Positions 10,636 to 23,617 are shown, counted from the first letter of the whole stretch. The stretch: 61,090 nt of DNA, filler included, from Aduncisulcus paluster (GCA_024181965.1; 12 parts of 12 records of this genome joined end to end with filler, not necessarily neighbours in it), one strand, 5' to 3'. Notes: generated by a model from the sequence alone, not told the origin. A program made the numbers and translations.

Positions 10636-12958
10636 TCATTTTGACGTTGATAGCCATTTCTTGAGTGTCTGGATGTAATGGTTCATCATAGGAATGCACA
10701 TACAAACATTACATGCCCTAAGAATAGTTCCAGACCCAACGATAGGGCGTGCATGCTCATTTTGAGCACACAACAGAACAATGAACATGGCTATATACAC
10801 ACGTTCCTCGTGGTTTACCCTACCAGAATGCACTGCAGCGTGTCGTTGTCCAGACAAACGAGGAGAGCAGACTTCAGGATGTGGCATACGTGATAACGGT
10901 GTCGATTCGTGCATCATATCATTAGGGATAAGGGAACACTCGACTCCACATGCACAAATATAAGTGTTTTTATGCACATGATTCGGAGAAGAAGGTGGAA
11001 TCGATGCACCGATATGACTAAGGTCTTGTTTCTTTGACTTCGAACTCAGTGAAGAGGAAGATCCCCGTAATTCAATGCGACATGATGCAGGGGTGTTGAT
11101 TCCCATGTGTTCTTTAAGACACTGCAGGAACAAGGGAGACAGGAAACTGGCACACCTTGAAGGATCTTTCTCTCCATTGAGTACTCCTGCTATGGCAAAT
11201 ACATAGTAAGGCAACATTTCATGTCCTATTGTACTATGAGAAGATCCCAACAATAAGGAAGAAGAGGAAGAGGAAGAGGAAGAATGGGTATATTGATGTA
11301 CATCCGGTGAACAAGGTCTTCGAGGGTTGACATGATCATTCATGAACAAAGCATCTTTCACTTCTCTTATCTTTCGTCCTTTTCTTAATGAACTCCCAGA
11401 TAATGATATAGCTTTCCCAGTCAAAGAGACTTCCTCTTCTTCTTCATCTTCCCCATCCTCCATATGGTTAGAAACAGATGAAGGAGAATGGCATGGAAGA
11501 GTGGAACCAGAATCACCAGAGTCACCAGAGTCACTAATACCACCGATACCACCAATACCACCAATACCACTAATGCCACTAATGCCACCAATGACAAACT
11601 GTTCAACGCAGATCCGAAGCATGTCTGCACCTCCTTCTTCCCAAAAAATCGTTCGTTCTCTATCCGTTTCAATGTCGACAATGCTACCAGCAGATGAGGA
11701 CAAGGAAGAAGAAGAACTACTGCCAAGGTCATGATGGCAAGCAACACAAGCAGGGGGATCAGATAATGAGGAATCATCACTACAATCCCCTCCACGATAT
11801 CCAGATGTTGTTGTATCTTGATTATCATGTCCAAAAGAATAAGGATGGGACGAACGATGGGGCTGGGCATGGTGATTGTGACTGTGACTGTGACTGTGAT
11901 CGTGGGAATGATGTATCATTTGCTGATATTTCAACAATCTCTCTCGGACTCCCTGAACACATCCTGAAGTGCATCCTAACATCCCGTTAATACATAGCAA
12001 TAATTCTTTCTTGCCTCCACACACAGACTTGAGCATCTCAGCAAGCCATTTCCCACATCCATACAGACAGACACAAAGACCACCATAGCGATCGCACATG
12101 GCATACAACACAGTCATCGAGAGAAGCTGAGAAGGAGACAGTGAGTGGAATGATTGTTTAGGCAAAGTATCATTACCAATCGTTGTTTCTGTTCCACTCC
12201 CTTGAGTATTTGTCTGGTAGTGACCAGTATGTTCTCTTTGAGGAGAGTGAGTGAGAGTAGGTGATGGAAGAGGAATAACTGAGAGTAATGTTGGAATGAT
12301 ATCAGAAATGAACAAAGCCTCAAGAAAGAGATGGACAGAAGAGGAAGAGGAAGAGGAAGAGGAAGAGGAAGATGGCAACGAAGAGGAAGAGGAAGTATGA
12401 GAAGAATGGGAGGAAGTGTGAGAACCATGGGAATGGGAGTGATCTCCACTGTGAACAACTCTGGATATCGTGGAGGCAGTATTTTGTTGACGTAAGGTGA
12501 GGCTTGGAGATATCTTCTGAAGGATCTCATTCAAAGCCAATGTAATCCTATGTATCGATGGTGAACGGATCTGTTGAACTATTCTTGCACACAAAGTAAC
12601 ATAGTCACTCACTCCTTTCTCTCTCTTTGTCTTCATTACAACTCCATAAAGCAGATCAGGATTATCTACCAAATGTTGTTCAAATGCTTGCTCCCTGGCT
12701 ATGAACGCTGACGATGACGAAGCTTTGAGATAGGGCGTAGAAGATTGGACAACTTTTGGAAGGGCTTCTTTACCAGCGGTTAAAGATATTTGTTGGAGAG
12801 ATAAGGGTGATTTGGGAACTCCATGTGGATTGGGAGATGGTTTAGGGGTTGTCTTCATCTTGTTGGCAGAAAAATCAGGCTCATAAGGAGTGAAATGAGA
12901 CACAAGGAAAGGGAGAGAGTGTGCCACACGATTGGACAAAGAAGATGAGGAGGAGGAA

Positions 12959-12993
<35 letters not shown>

Positions 12994-14535
12994 AGATGGT
13001 GAGAGTTGAGATACACTGCTCTCTGACATGTTCTTCCTGAATTTCATTGCCTTTTTAACATCAGAGTGAATGTCTCCATCCTTCTCTTCATCTTCAGCAT
13101 AATCATTGTGACCTGTACCATCTGCATATTGACCAGACTGACTAGACATTTGGCTTGATATCCTCATTCCAAGCTCTCCTTGTTGAGGATTGGCACAAGG
13201 ATTAATACCATCACAAGAAGCACCAACAATCGTTGACAATGTCAGAGGACCAACATCTGGTCCAAATTGTTTTGGAATGCCAGAATAAGATAAAGATAAA
13301 GAAGAAGAATAAGAAGAGGAAGAGGAAGAGGAAGAATGTGTTGGTCCAAGTGATGATTGAGGAGTGAGTTCAGAAGTTGATGGATGGTGACCAATGTCTA
13401 CTTGTGATCCTGTGAGTTGTGATCGAGTCAATTGCTTGGATCCAGATGTGAGACTCTTTGTATACCTTCTCCGTAGTTCCTCTCTCTCTTCTTCCTCCAA
13501 ACGATGTTTTTCCCACCATTGGTTCCTTTCTAACCGTTTTTGCATCATTTTGTGCTCCATCTCAGGCGTGAATCTAAAGCCATTACCCAAAACAGACACT
13601 TTCTTTTGATGCATCAGAGAGCGTTGTTCAAGGGAACAAACATCTTCACTGGTAATAGAAGAACCCACAAGTCCACGCGAAAACCAATGATGACCTCGTG
13701 AAGGTTGTTTGCCTAATTTATGTTGTCCAACTTTCTTTCCAATAAGAGTGGATGATGATGATTGTTCTCGTCCTCCTGGAGCTGGGAAGTTTGTAGAATC
13801 AGTCTTAGAGAATGTTCTTCTATGATCTAAATATAGAACATTCTCACGGCTTGAGACACTTTCTTGATGTCCCGTTGGATTGGTGCTGAACTGAGATGCC
13901 ATGGAGTAGTACGAGAATGGGGACACAGGATCCATGGGAGGTTCTACACATTGTTGATGAGTGTCAATGTTGCCGCCACCATGACGGGATCGTCCACCAC
14001 TATATTTGGCATCAGGAGTAGTTAGTTTCCTATGAGACTGAAGGCCACGAGCACTCACAGTACCACGAGCACTGTCAGCATCAATCAAGGAAGACTCCAG
14101 CACATATCCAGGTGATGTCCATCGTCCCTCGAGGCCAATCTGTTTCACACCGAGTGAATGCGGTATCCTGGAACCTCGTTTGACTCTGGGATTATTGGGA
14201 GGAGGATGTGGCGTTATACTATGGTTAGCTGGGTTAAATTTGGAAAAGGCTTTGTCTTGCGTGTCAACAACCAAACGAGTGGAGCCATAGGGATCACGCG
14301 CAACGCCCTCGGGAGATCTATTTATAGAAGATTGAGTCTTGGAACCTATTTGGGATCGGTATGAAGTACGCGCAAGTGGGGAATTGCGCGCAAGTGGGGA
14401 ATTGCGCGCAAGTGGGGAATTGGAACTTGTAGCCGCACGATGTGTGTGTGATGTTGTTGATATCGACGATTTAAGAGACTTCTTGCCTCCGTTCTGTCTT
14501 GCAGAATGTGTCGTGGTCTTAGTATGAGATTTCAT
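10636..14535 (-). CDS. Large low-complexity (Ser/His-rich) hypothetical protein, possibly 5'-truncated
   Basis: 1299-codon ORF followed by an AT-rich 3' region. Contains poly-Ser tracts and an 18-bp repeat x3 encoding NSPLAR. No recognisable domain. Confidence 0.75.
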
Positions 14536-14642
14536 CCCTGTTNNNNNNNNNNNNNNNNNNNNNNNNNNNNNNNNNNNNNNNNNNNNTTAATTAATTAANN
14601 NNNNNNNNNNNNNNNNNNNNNNNNNNNNNNNNNNNNNNNNNN

Positions 14643-15405
14643 AACCCTCAGTACAAATATGTAGACAATTGATTTCTTGAGGAAAGATAAAAGGGATATG
14701 AAGACAATAGAAGCGAACATAACCCAGACCCTCAAGACAATCTCTAAGATTAAGGGGGGAATCATCACGAGCAAACACGCCGGACTGGAAGGCGGTATCA
14801 CGGAGAGCTTGAGATACAAGAGTGAAGGGGACAGGAGGTTGATGTGAAAAAGACTTTCGAATTAATAATCCAGATAAACTATTCTCTCTTCTAAACTCCA
14901 TTTTTTTGGCCAATTCACACTCAAGAGAGGAGAGGTCAGAGTCGGAGATGAGAATATTCAACCTAGAAATAGAACAAGTCGAAAATCCTTTCCATGCCTT
15001 CAATAAAATGAGTTCACATTGGGAGCTACTCAATTTTGGAATTTCGAATTGGTAAGATTGATATATTTTCCGTGGAAATCGTAAAATATATGCTACAACG
15101 CCCATTGATACATGAAATATAATAATAATATCCCGAGGGAGCGAATCACGTTCTATTTCAATTTGAAAGGATTCAATTGAATGTTCTTTCTGGAAGGGAA
15201 GTGACATGAAATCAAAATTTAAGGTGAAGTCGCCTTCTAAAAATCGTGAAAAATCACCATCAAAATAAAAACCATCACACTTGCACAGTTCATGGTTATA
15301 TTGAACAATTTTGAGATGATCAAAAGGGAGAACATTATCGATTTCAATTGGATATAATACTTCTAAGGAAGAAATATCAATATTTTCCACTGAAGAATAA
15401 ATCAT
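14643..15405 (-). CDS. Divergent domain-X-like protein (3'-truncated at linker)
   Basis: FLEGDFTLNFDFMSLPF...I.I....LPRDIIIIF...CELI...W....CSISRL, and a second unit starting CLEGLGYVRFYCLHIPFIFPQEINCLHIC. Both parallel the MLKG....SHLSIPFPSPSPMKGAYIC pattern. Confidence 0.55.
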
Positions 15406-15567
15406 AACATCTTTTAAAATATGTTTATAACTTCAAGTTAATTTTCAAATTTGTAATGGCAAAAATAATGAAGAATCAAGTAAAACAATAGACTCTACTT
15501 TAATATGAAAAAGAAAAATCGACAATTCTTATTTAAAATAAAGTTAAAATTCAAATCAATATGACTA

Positions 15568-16062
15568 TTACCCAATTGGAGCAAGGGACATATTAAGTGA
15601 GGTTTGAAAATCTAAACCCTCAATAGAGATTTTAGCACTTCCTTTAGACGATGTATATGGGTATGTCGTGAGTTTAAATGCATAATCAACAGAGATTACC
15701 ACCCCAGCATCATAAAAATCCATAATAATTGAATTATCAGCACCAGATAGGGAAATAATAGTTTCATCATCATCAAAAAACGAAAAAGACTCGATATCAA
15801 AGTTCTTAAAATCAATTTGTCCTTTAGAAATTCCTATGTTGAATGGAACCATGATATCGGGAATTTGAATTGCATTCGCCGCTTCAACAACCCAAGGTTC
15901 TAACCCAACTTCAATTAAATCGACTATTCCATTTTGTGTGAGCGTACCTTGAACAGAAGCCTGGGGTAAGTCCAAAGTAGCATAAACCAGTTCACAGTAG
16001 AATAAAAGGGAAAAGATCACAAGAAAATGAATAATAAGATTATTAAAAACAAAAATAAACAT
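15568..16062 (-). CDS. Secreted BPI/LBP/CETP N-terminal-domain-like protein (short)
   Basis: Signal peptide, then QGTLTQNGIVDL...AIQIPDI.....I.KGQIDFKNFDIESF and a G.A.ISI.G strand. This is the pattern of the BPI N-terminal barrel. Confidence 0.6.
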   Translation of the reverse strand: MFIFVFNNLIIHFLVIFSLLFYCELVYATLDLPQASVQGTLTQNGIVDLIEVGLEPWVVEAANAIQIPDIMVPFNIGISKGQIDFKNFDIESFSFFDDDETIISLSGADNSIIMDFYDAGVVISVDYAFKLTTYPYTSSKGSAKISIEGLDFQTSLNMSLAPIG

Positions 16063-16336
16063 ATAAAAAAGGTATGGTAAATTAAGGTTCCATCAAACAA
16101 GAAAAAAGCTCTTATGTATTCCATCATCCAAACAATTAGGATAATATCATCAAAAAATTAAATAAAACATTCAAATAATATTTTGAGCATTTTAATTTTA
16201 TTGTAATTCCTCAGAATATGATATTATAATAAAAATTGATTTGCACAATGATTCAGCCCAAATACTTCCTTTTTCACAATTTTTTTCTCAATAATATTGC
16301 TTGTTTAGATAATTTAGAGTGGTTATTTAATCATAA

Positions 16337-18838
16337 TCATTTAAATATGAGTTCAACAAATCCACCATGATTTTCGTATTCCTCTCGAATCAATTCCCAA
16401 TAATCTCTTAAATCATTATTTAGCATACTTTCCATGCTCATCGTAGTCACCGAGTGAGGATATTTGATGACTTGACTTTCAAAGAATATTGGAGGAAAAG
16501 ATGGATCAGAGAAATCAGATTTTGGAATTCTATCGATTTTTTGCGAGTAAAACGTAGAAAGGTTAAAAGTAGGGTTATAAAAGTTAAGAGAAGGAAACAT
16601 TGAAATTATAAATGAAGTGTACGGTTTTAATCCAAAAATATCACACAAATAACAGAAATTAAACAATATTCTTTCCTTTATATCCAAAATATGTGGCTCT
16701 ACAAACACATCAAGATCGGATTCTTCTCCAATCCAACTATTATTGGAACCAAAACACACAATCAATTGATCTCCATGAACTTCTTTGACATATCCAAATT
16801 CCTGATTCGAATACCATTTGCTTAAAACATGTCTCTCTGAGAAATTGTGAAAAGAAGACAGAGATTTATGATCATTTTCAATATGACGAAGTGCTACAGG
16901 TTTCAATCGCACCATACAAAGAGGACTGGGAACAATATGAGGCCGACAACATTCAGCCTTGACACTATTTGATGGCAAGGGACACCGTTTAAGAGGAACA
17001 AATGGGAATACATCGGATATATCGCATGGGAAAGAAGTATCATCTTTTGGGAATATATTTATATCCTTCATAAAGTCAAACCAGAACCGGATGTGTCTTA
17101 ATTTTGGACATAATAAAAGACAAGGAATCATGAAATTCAAAGATTTGAAGTTGTCATGGTACATACCAAGTTCCACAACAAGAGAAACGATATTGACCAT
17201 CTGAAGGAGGACTGGCTGGAAGAACCTGAATGATTCTTCATATTTCAACATATAATCGCCGAAATCAGCATGATAAAGACTCATAAACCAGCAAATATAT
17301 GGAATATATTGATGGTATTCCTTACTAAGGGTTGCTTGAACAGAAGAGACAACGTGGTGCTCACTTGATAAGAAAGGAGAGGAGAAATAAGTCGAATAAG
17401 GGGTGAAATCGACAGTTAAATCTCCAAAATACTGTTTAGAGACACCCTTCGATTCTTTTTGAAGCTGAATCATGTCGTTTGAACCTTGATCAGACTGTTT
17501 GTAGCATTTAGAGGCCATTTGGTGACAAAAATAAGCTCGATGTCTTTTCCAGATATGATCTTTCTCAATAGATTGACGAACATGTGAGAAAGCATGAATA
17601 TTTCTCTGAGAAACTGATTCGTCGAATCCATCTTTCATATAGTGTTGAGTTAAGAAGAGAGCTCGTCGAAATGGAATCAATTGGAATTTGAACATATACT
17701 GGTTTCTTTTCTGTTGATTCAAAGCAAACCAACAATAAAATATAACTATTGAAAATGAATGATAAACATCCTCAGCGAGTGGAAAATGAGGATGGGCGGG
17801 AGAATAGAAGTGATATGAAGACGTTGAAGAGGAAGAACATGAAGAGGAAGAGGAATATTCTGAGGGTTCAATACAAGGAGACTTATAAAATATGTTTGAA
17901 GGTACAGAAGACTCCGTGGATAGGAAGAAATCTGTACGCGTTGATGGTATACTAGTGCAATGTTCACTCTCTCTCATCTTGGCTTGAATGGGAAGCGAAC
18001 CAAAATATCCCATCGGAACCTCAGCCTCCTTATCATCGCCTTGTTCCTTGTGTACATCTTCACACATCAGAATAAGACTCAGAAATAAGGAAATGACAAC
18101 CAAATACTTGGAGTTTATAGTGAAATGTGGGAATTGAGAGAGAACTCCACTGACCCAAGAAATGTAAAATGGACGAACTTTGGAGTAGATGACGAATGTA
18201 TGGGTGAAGGAGATGAGCGAGAGATACGAAATGAGAGAGAGGAAATTATACGAGATAATCTGAAACCCAGGAGAAAGTGGGGAATATGAATTGACGATCG
18301 AGAATCCTCTCTGTGTCGGAGATCGAGTGTATGAAAGGCGAGGACACGAAGAAGAAGAAGAAGAAGAAGAAACTATGCCACGAATTATTCTAAAAAACAT
18401 GTCAGATACAAAGACATCCAAACCAATGTTCTCACAAGAAACAAAACAACATAACATCCCTATCAAAAGGTTAAGGATGGAAGGAATCCGGAAAAATACA
18501 TCCAACCATCGTGGGAAAACACACTTAACTTCTTGAAATATCTCATGAATGAGGGATTTTTTGAGGATTTTGTTGATTATTCTAAAGTTGGAAAACATGG
18601 TTGGAGAAACATGATCAAAATGAAGATTAATGAACTTAACAAGCATGAATATTAGACTTTTCAACGCTAAACATATATTCAACATTTGAATGTTAGAAAG
18701 TTCAGATAAAGGCTTGAAAGAATACGAAGAAATAACCTTGATCAATCGCTGAGAAAGATTTGAGATATGATGAGAAATAATAGGACCCAAAATGGAAGAA
18801 GAAACCGCATGAGAGCATAAAATAAGAGCGTGGTGACA
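16337..18838 (-). CDS. Hypothetical protein (5'-truncated) with a possible SH3-like Mib/HERC2-type repeat near the C-terminus
   Basis: The frame is open to the linker (>830 codons). The segment MVRLK...GYVKEVHGDQLIVCFGSNNSWIGEESDLDV resembles KEG/Mind-bomb SH3 repeats. Confidence 0.7.
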   Translation of the reverse strand, partial: CHHALILCSHAVSSSILGPIISHHISNLSQRLIKVISSYSFKPLSELSNIQMLNICLALKSLIFMLVKFINLHFDHVSPTMFSNFRIINKILKKSLIHEIFQEVKCVFPRWLDVFFRIPSILNLLIGMLCCFVSCENIGLDVFVSDMFFRIIRGIVSSSSSSSSCPRLSYTRSPTQRGFSIVNSYSPLSPGFQIISYNFLSLISYLSLISFTHTFVIYSKVRPFYISWVSGVLSQFPHFTINSKYLVVISLFLSLILMCEDVHKEQGDDKEAEVPMGYFGSLPIQAKMRESEHCTSIPSTRTDFFLSTESSVPSNIFYKSPCIEPSEYSSSSSCSSSSTSSYHFYSPAHPHFPLAEDVYHSFSIVIFYCWFALNQQKRNQYMFKFQLIPFRRALFLTQHYMKDGFDESVSQRNIHAFSHVRQSIEKDHIWKRHRAYFCHQMASKCYKQSDQGSNDMIQLQKESKGVSKQYFGDLTVDFTPYSTYFSSPFLSSEHHVVSSVQATLSKEYHQYIPYICWFMSLYHADFGDYMLKYEESFRFFQPVLLQMVNIVSLVVELGMYHDNFKSLNFMIPCLLLCPKLRHIRFWFDFMKDINIFPKDDTSFPCDISDVFPFVPLKRCPLPSNSVKAECCRPHIVPSPLCMVRLKPVALRHIENDHKSLSSFHNFSERHVLSKWYSNQEFGYVKEVHGDQLIVCFGSNNSWIGEESDLDVFVEPHILDIKERILFNFCYLCDIFGLKPYTSFIISMFPSLNFYNPTFNLSTFYSQKIDRIPKSDFSDPSFPPIFFESQVIKYPHSVTTMSMESMLNNDLRDYWELIREEYENHGGFVELIFK

Positions 18839-18938
18839 NNNNNNNNNNNNNNNNNNNNNNNNNNNNNNNNNNNNNNNNNNNNTTAATTAATTAANNNNNN
18901 NNNNNNNNNNNNNNNNNNNNNNNNNNNNNNNNNNNNNN

Positions 18939-21519
18939 TCTCGATCAGTGTGAGAGCAGCATTAAATCTAAAAATAGAACAGAATTGAATCATGTCACCC
19001 CACAATACATGTTCTACTCTCTTTGACAGAGGAGGAAGGATGGAAGCAGGGAAGTTGGGAACTGATGTCAGAGTTTTGAGAGGCAACGAGTCCAAATTAT
19101 GCAGAATATGCACCAATATTTGTTTTAGAGTAACAGATGTGATGATACCATGGATAAAACTATTGGTTTTTGAGGCAATATCAGTAGAAGATCCGACAGA
19201 CCCTGACTTAGGAGATATCTCTACTGGGGAAGAACTTCTCTGAGCAACTGAAGAAGAAGAAGAATGTAACTTCGTATCTTCATATTTAGTTTCCACAGCC
19301 CACTCCCAAAGCACCGTGCAGACCTGAACACGCATCACGACACTCCTTCGTTCCTCATCCTTCCCACTTGCCATGAGCACACAAAGACTCTCACCAGCAG
19401 AGAGAGCAGCAGAAAGCAGGAGCAACGGACTAAGATACTCATTCGACAAGGAAGGAGCTTCACTCCCAGCAGCAGAGGAGGATATTAACCCATTCCAAAG
19501 ACATTTTGGGAAAGCAACACAGATAGGTATTGCCATAAATTGATGATCAACGCTTGACTCCTTCGAGGACGAACTATCATCCTTACTCCCTTGCATCGCT
19601 TCACTCACTAGTTGATCTCTATAGATCCTTATCAAGGATACACCATTCATAAAATGCCAAAAGGCCATACTCAAAAAGTCTATGAGTGTCGTCGTCACAA
19701 TGTGAGACAAAGATACTGCACGAAGTTCCTTTGTTTCCTTTGGATCCCTCGAAAGAGCAGCAGAAACATGGACGGATGAAGCCACACACTGAGAAAAGAA
19801 GAGAGGAGGAAGCGAAAAGGGAGAGTAAAGTTCATACGAAAAAGCAGGCTCTTCTTGTTGTTGTGTTTCAGAGGCAGTATCAACATCTCCTCCCTTTTCT
19901 TCCCCTTCTATCTTCTCAGTGTGTCCAGAAATAGAAACATCTGAATCATCATGACCTTCAATTTGTTCTTTCTTTGCCATTTTTATATTTCTCTTGCTCA
20001 AAAGGGGCTTTCTCTTTGGAATCCAGATAGATCGGTATAATTTATAAACTTGATCAGAGATCCACAAGTGTACGTTGGAAGCAGCCCGAATATCATTTTC
20101 ATAATTAAACCATAATCTAAAAATAAACATGAGAATATGTGCTAAAAATAGGTATACTTTCCCCATCAGTGCATCAGTGACTGCTCTTTGTTGTTGTGGG
20201 AGTCGTTTCAGAATTCCACTCCCTTTTATCAGATGAATATGGTCTATCAGTGACATCATCGTGGCGACAATTGTATTCGTGAAGTCAGCAAGGCTTGAAT
20301 CCTTCAGAAACAATGAACGATGGCGCTTAGACCCGTTTGATCCGAGGACTCTCTTCACCACCTCTGATGTCGCACTAACGACGAATAAAATAGAGTAATG
20401 GAAATGAAGAATGCAAAACTGATCTAAATATAGCATAGCAGTGTGGCATTCATCGGTGGACAGAATGTTCCCAGAAAGATGAGCACAGGAATCAGTAGAA
20501 CATGTTCTGGAACGAGGAAGAGGACCAGTTTGCGTTAGAGAAAGATGAGAAAGTTCAAAAGAACCCTCTTTTGGACTAGATATCGATTTTTGTCTTGTTG
20601 ATCCCAAACTACTAATATCTTTCCTCGATTTTTCGGTATCAATGGAGATTTGACGAGAAGAAGAAGCTTCAATAGGCTTCTCTTGTAATTGATCTATTTT
20701 TAGATGAGAATGTTCGCGCGAATGATCATCGAAATCCTGAAATTCACTCCGACTAGGAAGAATACCAGAGGCGATAGAGGATACATATTCAGAAAACTCA
20801 GAGTTAGTCATCATTAGGCGAGTTTTAGCTTGTAAAAAACACTCTTCTAACCGTTTAAGTGCCTGTTTGAATATTTTTGACATTGGAAGTGAATTAAATC
20901 GCCGTAAACTTGAAGATATTTCTTGATATTGCTGGTGAAGTGAATGTTCTTTCTGCTGTTGCTGCAAATACTCTTCTTCTGTTAGTACATGCTCACTACC
21001 TGGCTTGGAAAGCTCATATTCCGCCTTTTTCTGTGAGTATTCACATTGTTTAACAACTGTCACTAAATCCTTTTCTTTCACTGTTTTTTCATCAAATTTA
21101 TCATTAATTGATAAGTGGTGATGTATTGACATGTATATTGAGACTATATTCATCCTATTTAGTGGTGGAAGGGGAGAGAACAGGAATAGAACTTCTGTAA
21201 GAAATAATAATGAACATGTAGTAAGAATATTGGGTGGATTATTATCAATAATGTTTAATGTGTAATCAATAAATGGCTTTATCTTCTTTTGTAATGGATA
21301 AAACTCTTCAACCTTCAATTCAGTAGGAGTTGGTAATAGAACCCACATATCCTATAAAAAAATATTAAAATATCATTTAAAGAAAAATATTAGGACAAAA
21401 TTCAATTTCAACAAGAAGGATAACATTTTAAGTTAATAAATACATACAAACACAAACTGAGCTTGACGATGAAGCTCTTCTTGCTCGATACTTTTTAATT
21501 TGCCCAAAAGAATGTCCAT
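18939..21519 (-). CDS. Hypothetical protein, two exons (21519-21448; 21351-18939), 3'-truncated
   Basis: The ATG at 21519 gives MDILLGKLKSIEQEELHRQAQFVF. A GTATGT...TTTTTATAG intron (21447-21352) joins it in frame to DMWVLLPTP and the ~800-codon ORF. Confidence 0.75.
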
Positions 21520-21871
21520 TATAACAAAATTACTCTTGGGATGTTGGCAAATTCAAGCGAACAAAGCAGAATATTTTTTCTCAACAATCAAATCATATTG
21601 GTATATTTAAATAAATAAAATATTATTAAAAAGATATTTTTTATCGAATATTGTCATGTAGAAGCCGCTAAAACTTCCATTTCGAAAGAGAGTTAATAAT
21701 TTATTGTTTTTCAAAATTGTCGTAAGCATACTCCAAACTACATTATAATACAATATGACTTACTCTGCCTCCAGCGTATGAATGTGAAGATATGATTGTC
21801 TCAGCAACTTGAAGCTCGAAATAAATATAAAGATTCGATTTGCTTTATGATCTGCCATGTTGATATCTATC

Positions 21872-23617
21872 TTATTCAAACAATTGCCTGACTTCATCAT
21901 CAACATCTTGGAAATCATGGATGATATTATTTCCGGCATTATATGGTTCAGCGCCCATCATCATTGCAGTGGGCTGAGTTTCATGGGGAACATATGGAGA
22001 TGGGCTCTTATGGCTCATTTCTGCACTTCCGGACATCCTGTCGGGTCTTCCGTAGAATGATCCTACGGGAACTCTCGGAAGGGAACTCGGAGGGGGACGA
22101 TATGACTGATGGTCAGAGTAAGGAGGCGAGAATTGGTCAATGTGGGAGGGCATGGGAATACCACTGGACACAAACGAACGACCACCGCCAGTAGAACTAT
22201 GTCCAGTCTTGTAGAAAGGACTTCCGCCACTATAAGGCAGATATTGGGCACCACCAATTGTGGAGTGGTAGTAAGGGTGAGCCCTCATATCCACAACATG
22301 ATCAGAGGCAGCGAAACCCGCAGAGATTGATGCTATCGAAGACGAATCACCCGCTCCTTTGGAGGCAGGAAGAGAACCTCCAAGTTTGGTGGAAGAGGAC
22401 ACATATCCATTTGGATACTCGGACATCTTCTGCAATCTGGCCTGTTTCTTCTTCTTTTGTTCAAGTTCAGCCTTTTCCAATGCCTTCTTCTCTTCCTCAC
22501 GCTTCTTGTTCTTCAAGTAAGCCATGAAATATAATCTCTCATGAGTATTCATTTCAGAGAGTTTCTTCTTCATCAACACCTCAGAGTCACTGAGCTGATG
22601 TGAGGAAGACTGTGGAACATCTCCGCTCTGATGAGACGAAGAGGAGGAGGAGGAGAGAGAAGAGGCAGAGAGAGAGGGTCTTGTGGAGGCAGGGGGCAAG
22701 GAAGGGACGGGTTCTTGGGTAGGGACTTCAGAGGGTTTTGCAGAGGGAGAGACGGAGGAAGGTTGAGATACCTCCTGGGACGTTTCAAGGGATTCTTGTA
22801 TTTTCTTGGCTTCCTTCTCTTTCTTCTCGAGGGCTTTTCTTGCCAATTTAATAGATGTGCGGTTGATAGTAGGGTGGTAGCATGTACTCTCTTTAATTTG
22901 CCGAGCCTTCTCCTCTTTGCGCTTCTCGATAAGATATTTTTGTTTTGTAAGCCGTTCATAAACACTCATGGAAGACAAGGATCTTGAGGAGCCTAGGATA
23001 GGCACGGGAGGCTTAGCTGAGGAGATTGGAGGAGAAGCAGACTTCTTACTCCGACTTTTCTTATCGTTGTCAGCAGAAGTGGAAGAGGTCATACCATAAT
23101 CGATTTTTGTTCTCTTCATCACCTTCTTGGCAAGCTCAGCAGAATGGGGATTTATCATCGGCCTAAAAGTAGCTTCTTTCATTTCTTCCTCAGAGCGTTT
23201 CTTCTTGGCACTCGTAAGCTTTTCTTTTTGCTGCTGGATCTGAGACTCGATATATTCCTTCTTGAATACACTCATCCTATCACTTTGACCATCAGAAGAT
23301 GTGGATATTTGAGGCTTTCCAGTGACGAGTTTTAGCTCATCTTCCTCCCGTTTGGTTTCCATGCGTTTCAGTTTCTCATTATGCTCTTTCCACAACTCAG
23401 TTGAGCGCTCAGAAAGAGGAACCCTACCGGATTCACATGAAGTTAGTTGTATTGACCGCTTATTTATGGATGGCTGATGTGTGCATTCCTTCAATTCTTC
23501 CTTGATCATTTTATCACGGATATCCTTGTGGTTTTGCTTAATTTCAGCCAGCCTCTTCTTATTGCGTTCTTCAAAATCTTGAATATCTGAAGGAGTAATG
23601 TGAAGCTTACTTCCAAT
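21872..23617 (-). CDS. Coiled-coil protein with repeated (C/A)T(F/H)xPxIN and (Y/H)ERL motifs (5'-truncated)
   Basis: The frame is open to the linker. Motifs CTHQPSINKRS, ATFRPMINPHS, CYHPTINRTS, SVYERL and THERLY sit among charged helices. Confidence 0.75.
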   Translation of the reverse strand: MGSKLHITPSDIQDFEERNKKRLAEIKQNHKDIRDKMIKEELKECTHQPSINKRSIQLTSCESGRVPLSERSTELWKEHNEKLKRMETKREEDELKLVTGKPQISTSSDGQSDRMSVFKKEYIESQIQQQKEKLTSAKKKRSEEEMKEATFRPMINPHSAELAKKVMKRTKIDYGMTSSTSADNDKKSRSKKSASPPISSAKPPVPILGSSRSLSSMSVYERLTKQKYLIEKRKEEKARQIKESTCYHPTINRTSIKLARKALEKKEKEAKKIQESLETSQEVSQPSSVSPSAKPSEVPTQEPVPSLPPASTRPSLSASSLSSSSSSSHQSGDVPQSSSHQLSDSEVLMKKKLSEMNTHERLYFMAYLKNKKREEEKKALEKAELEQKKKKQARLQKMSEYPNGYVSSSTKLGGSLPASKGAGDSSSIASISAGFAASDHVVDMRAHPYYHSTIGGAQYLPYSGGSPFYKTGHSSTGGGRSFVSSGIPMPSHIDQFSPPYSDHQSYRPPPSSLPRVPVGSFYGRPDRMSGSAEMSHKSPSPYVPHETQPTAMMMGAEPYNAGNNIIHDFQDVDDEVRQLFE

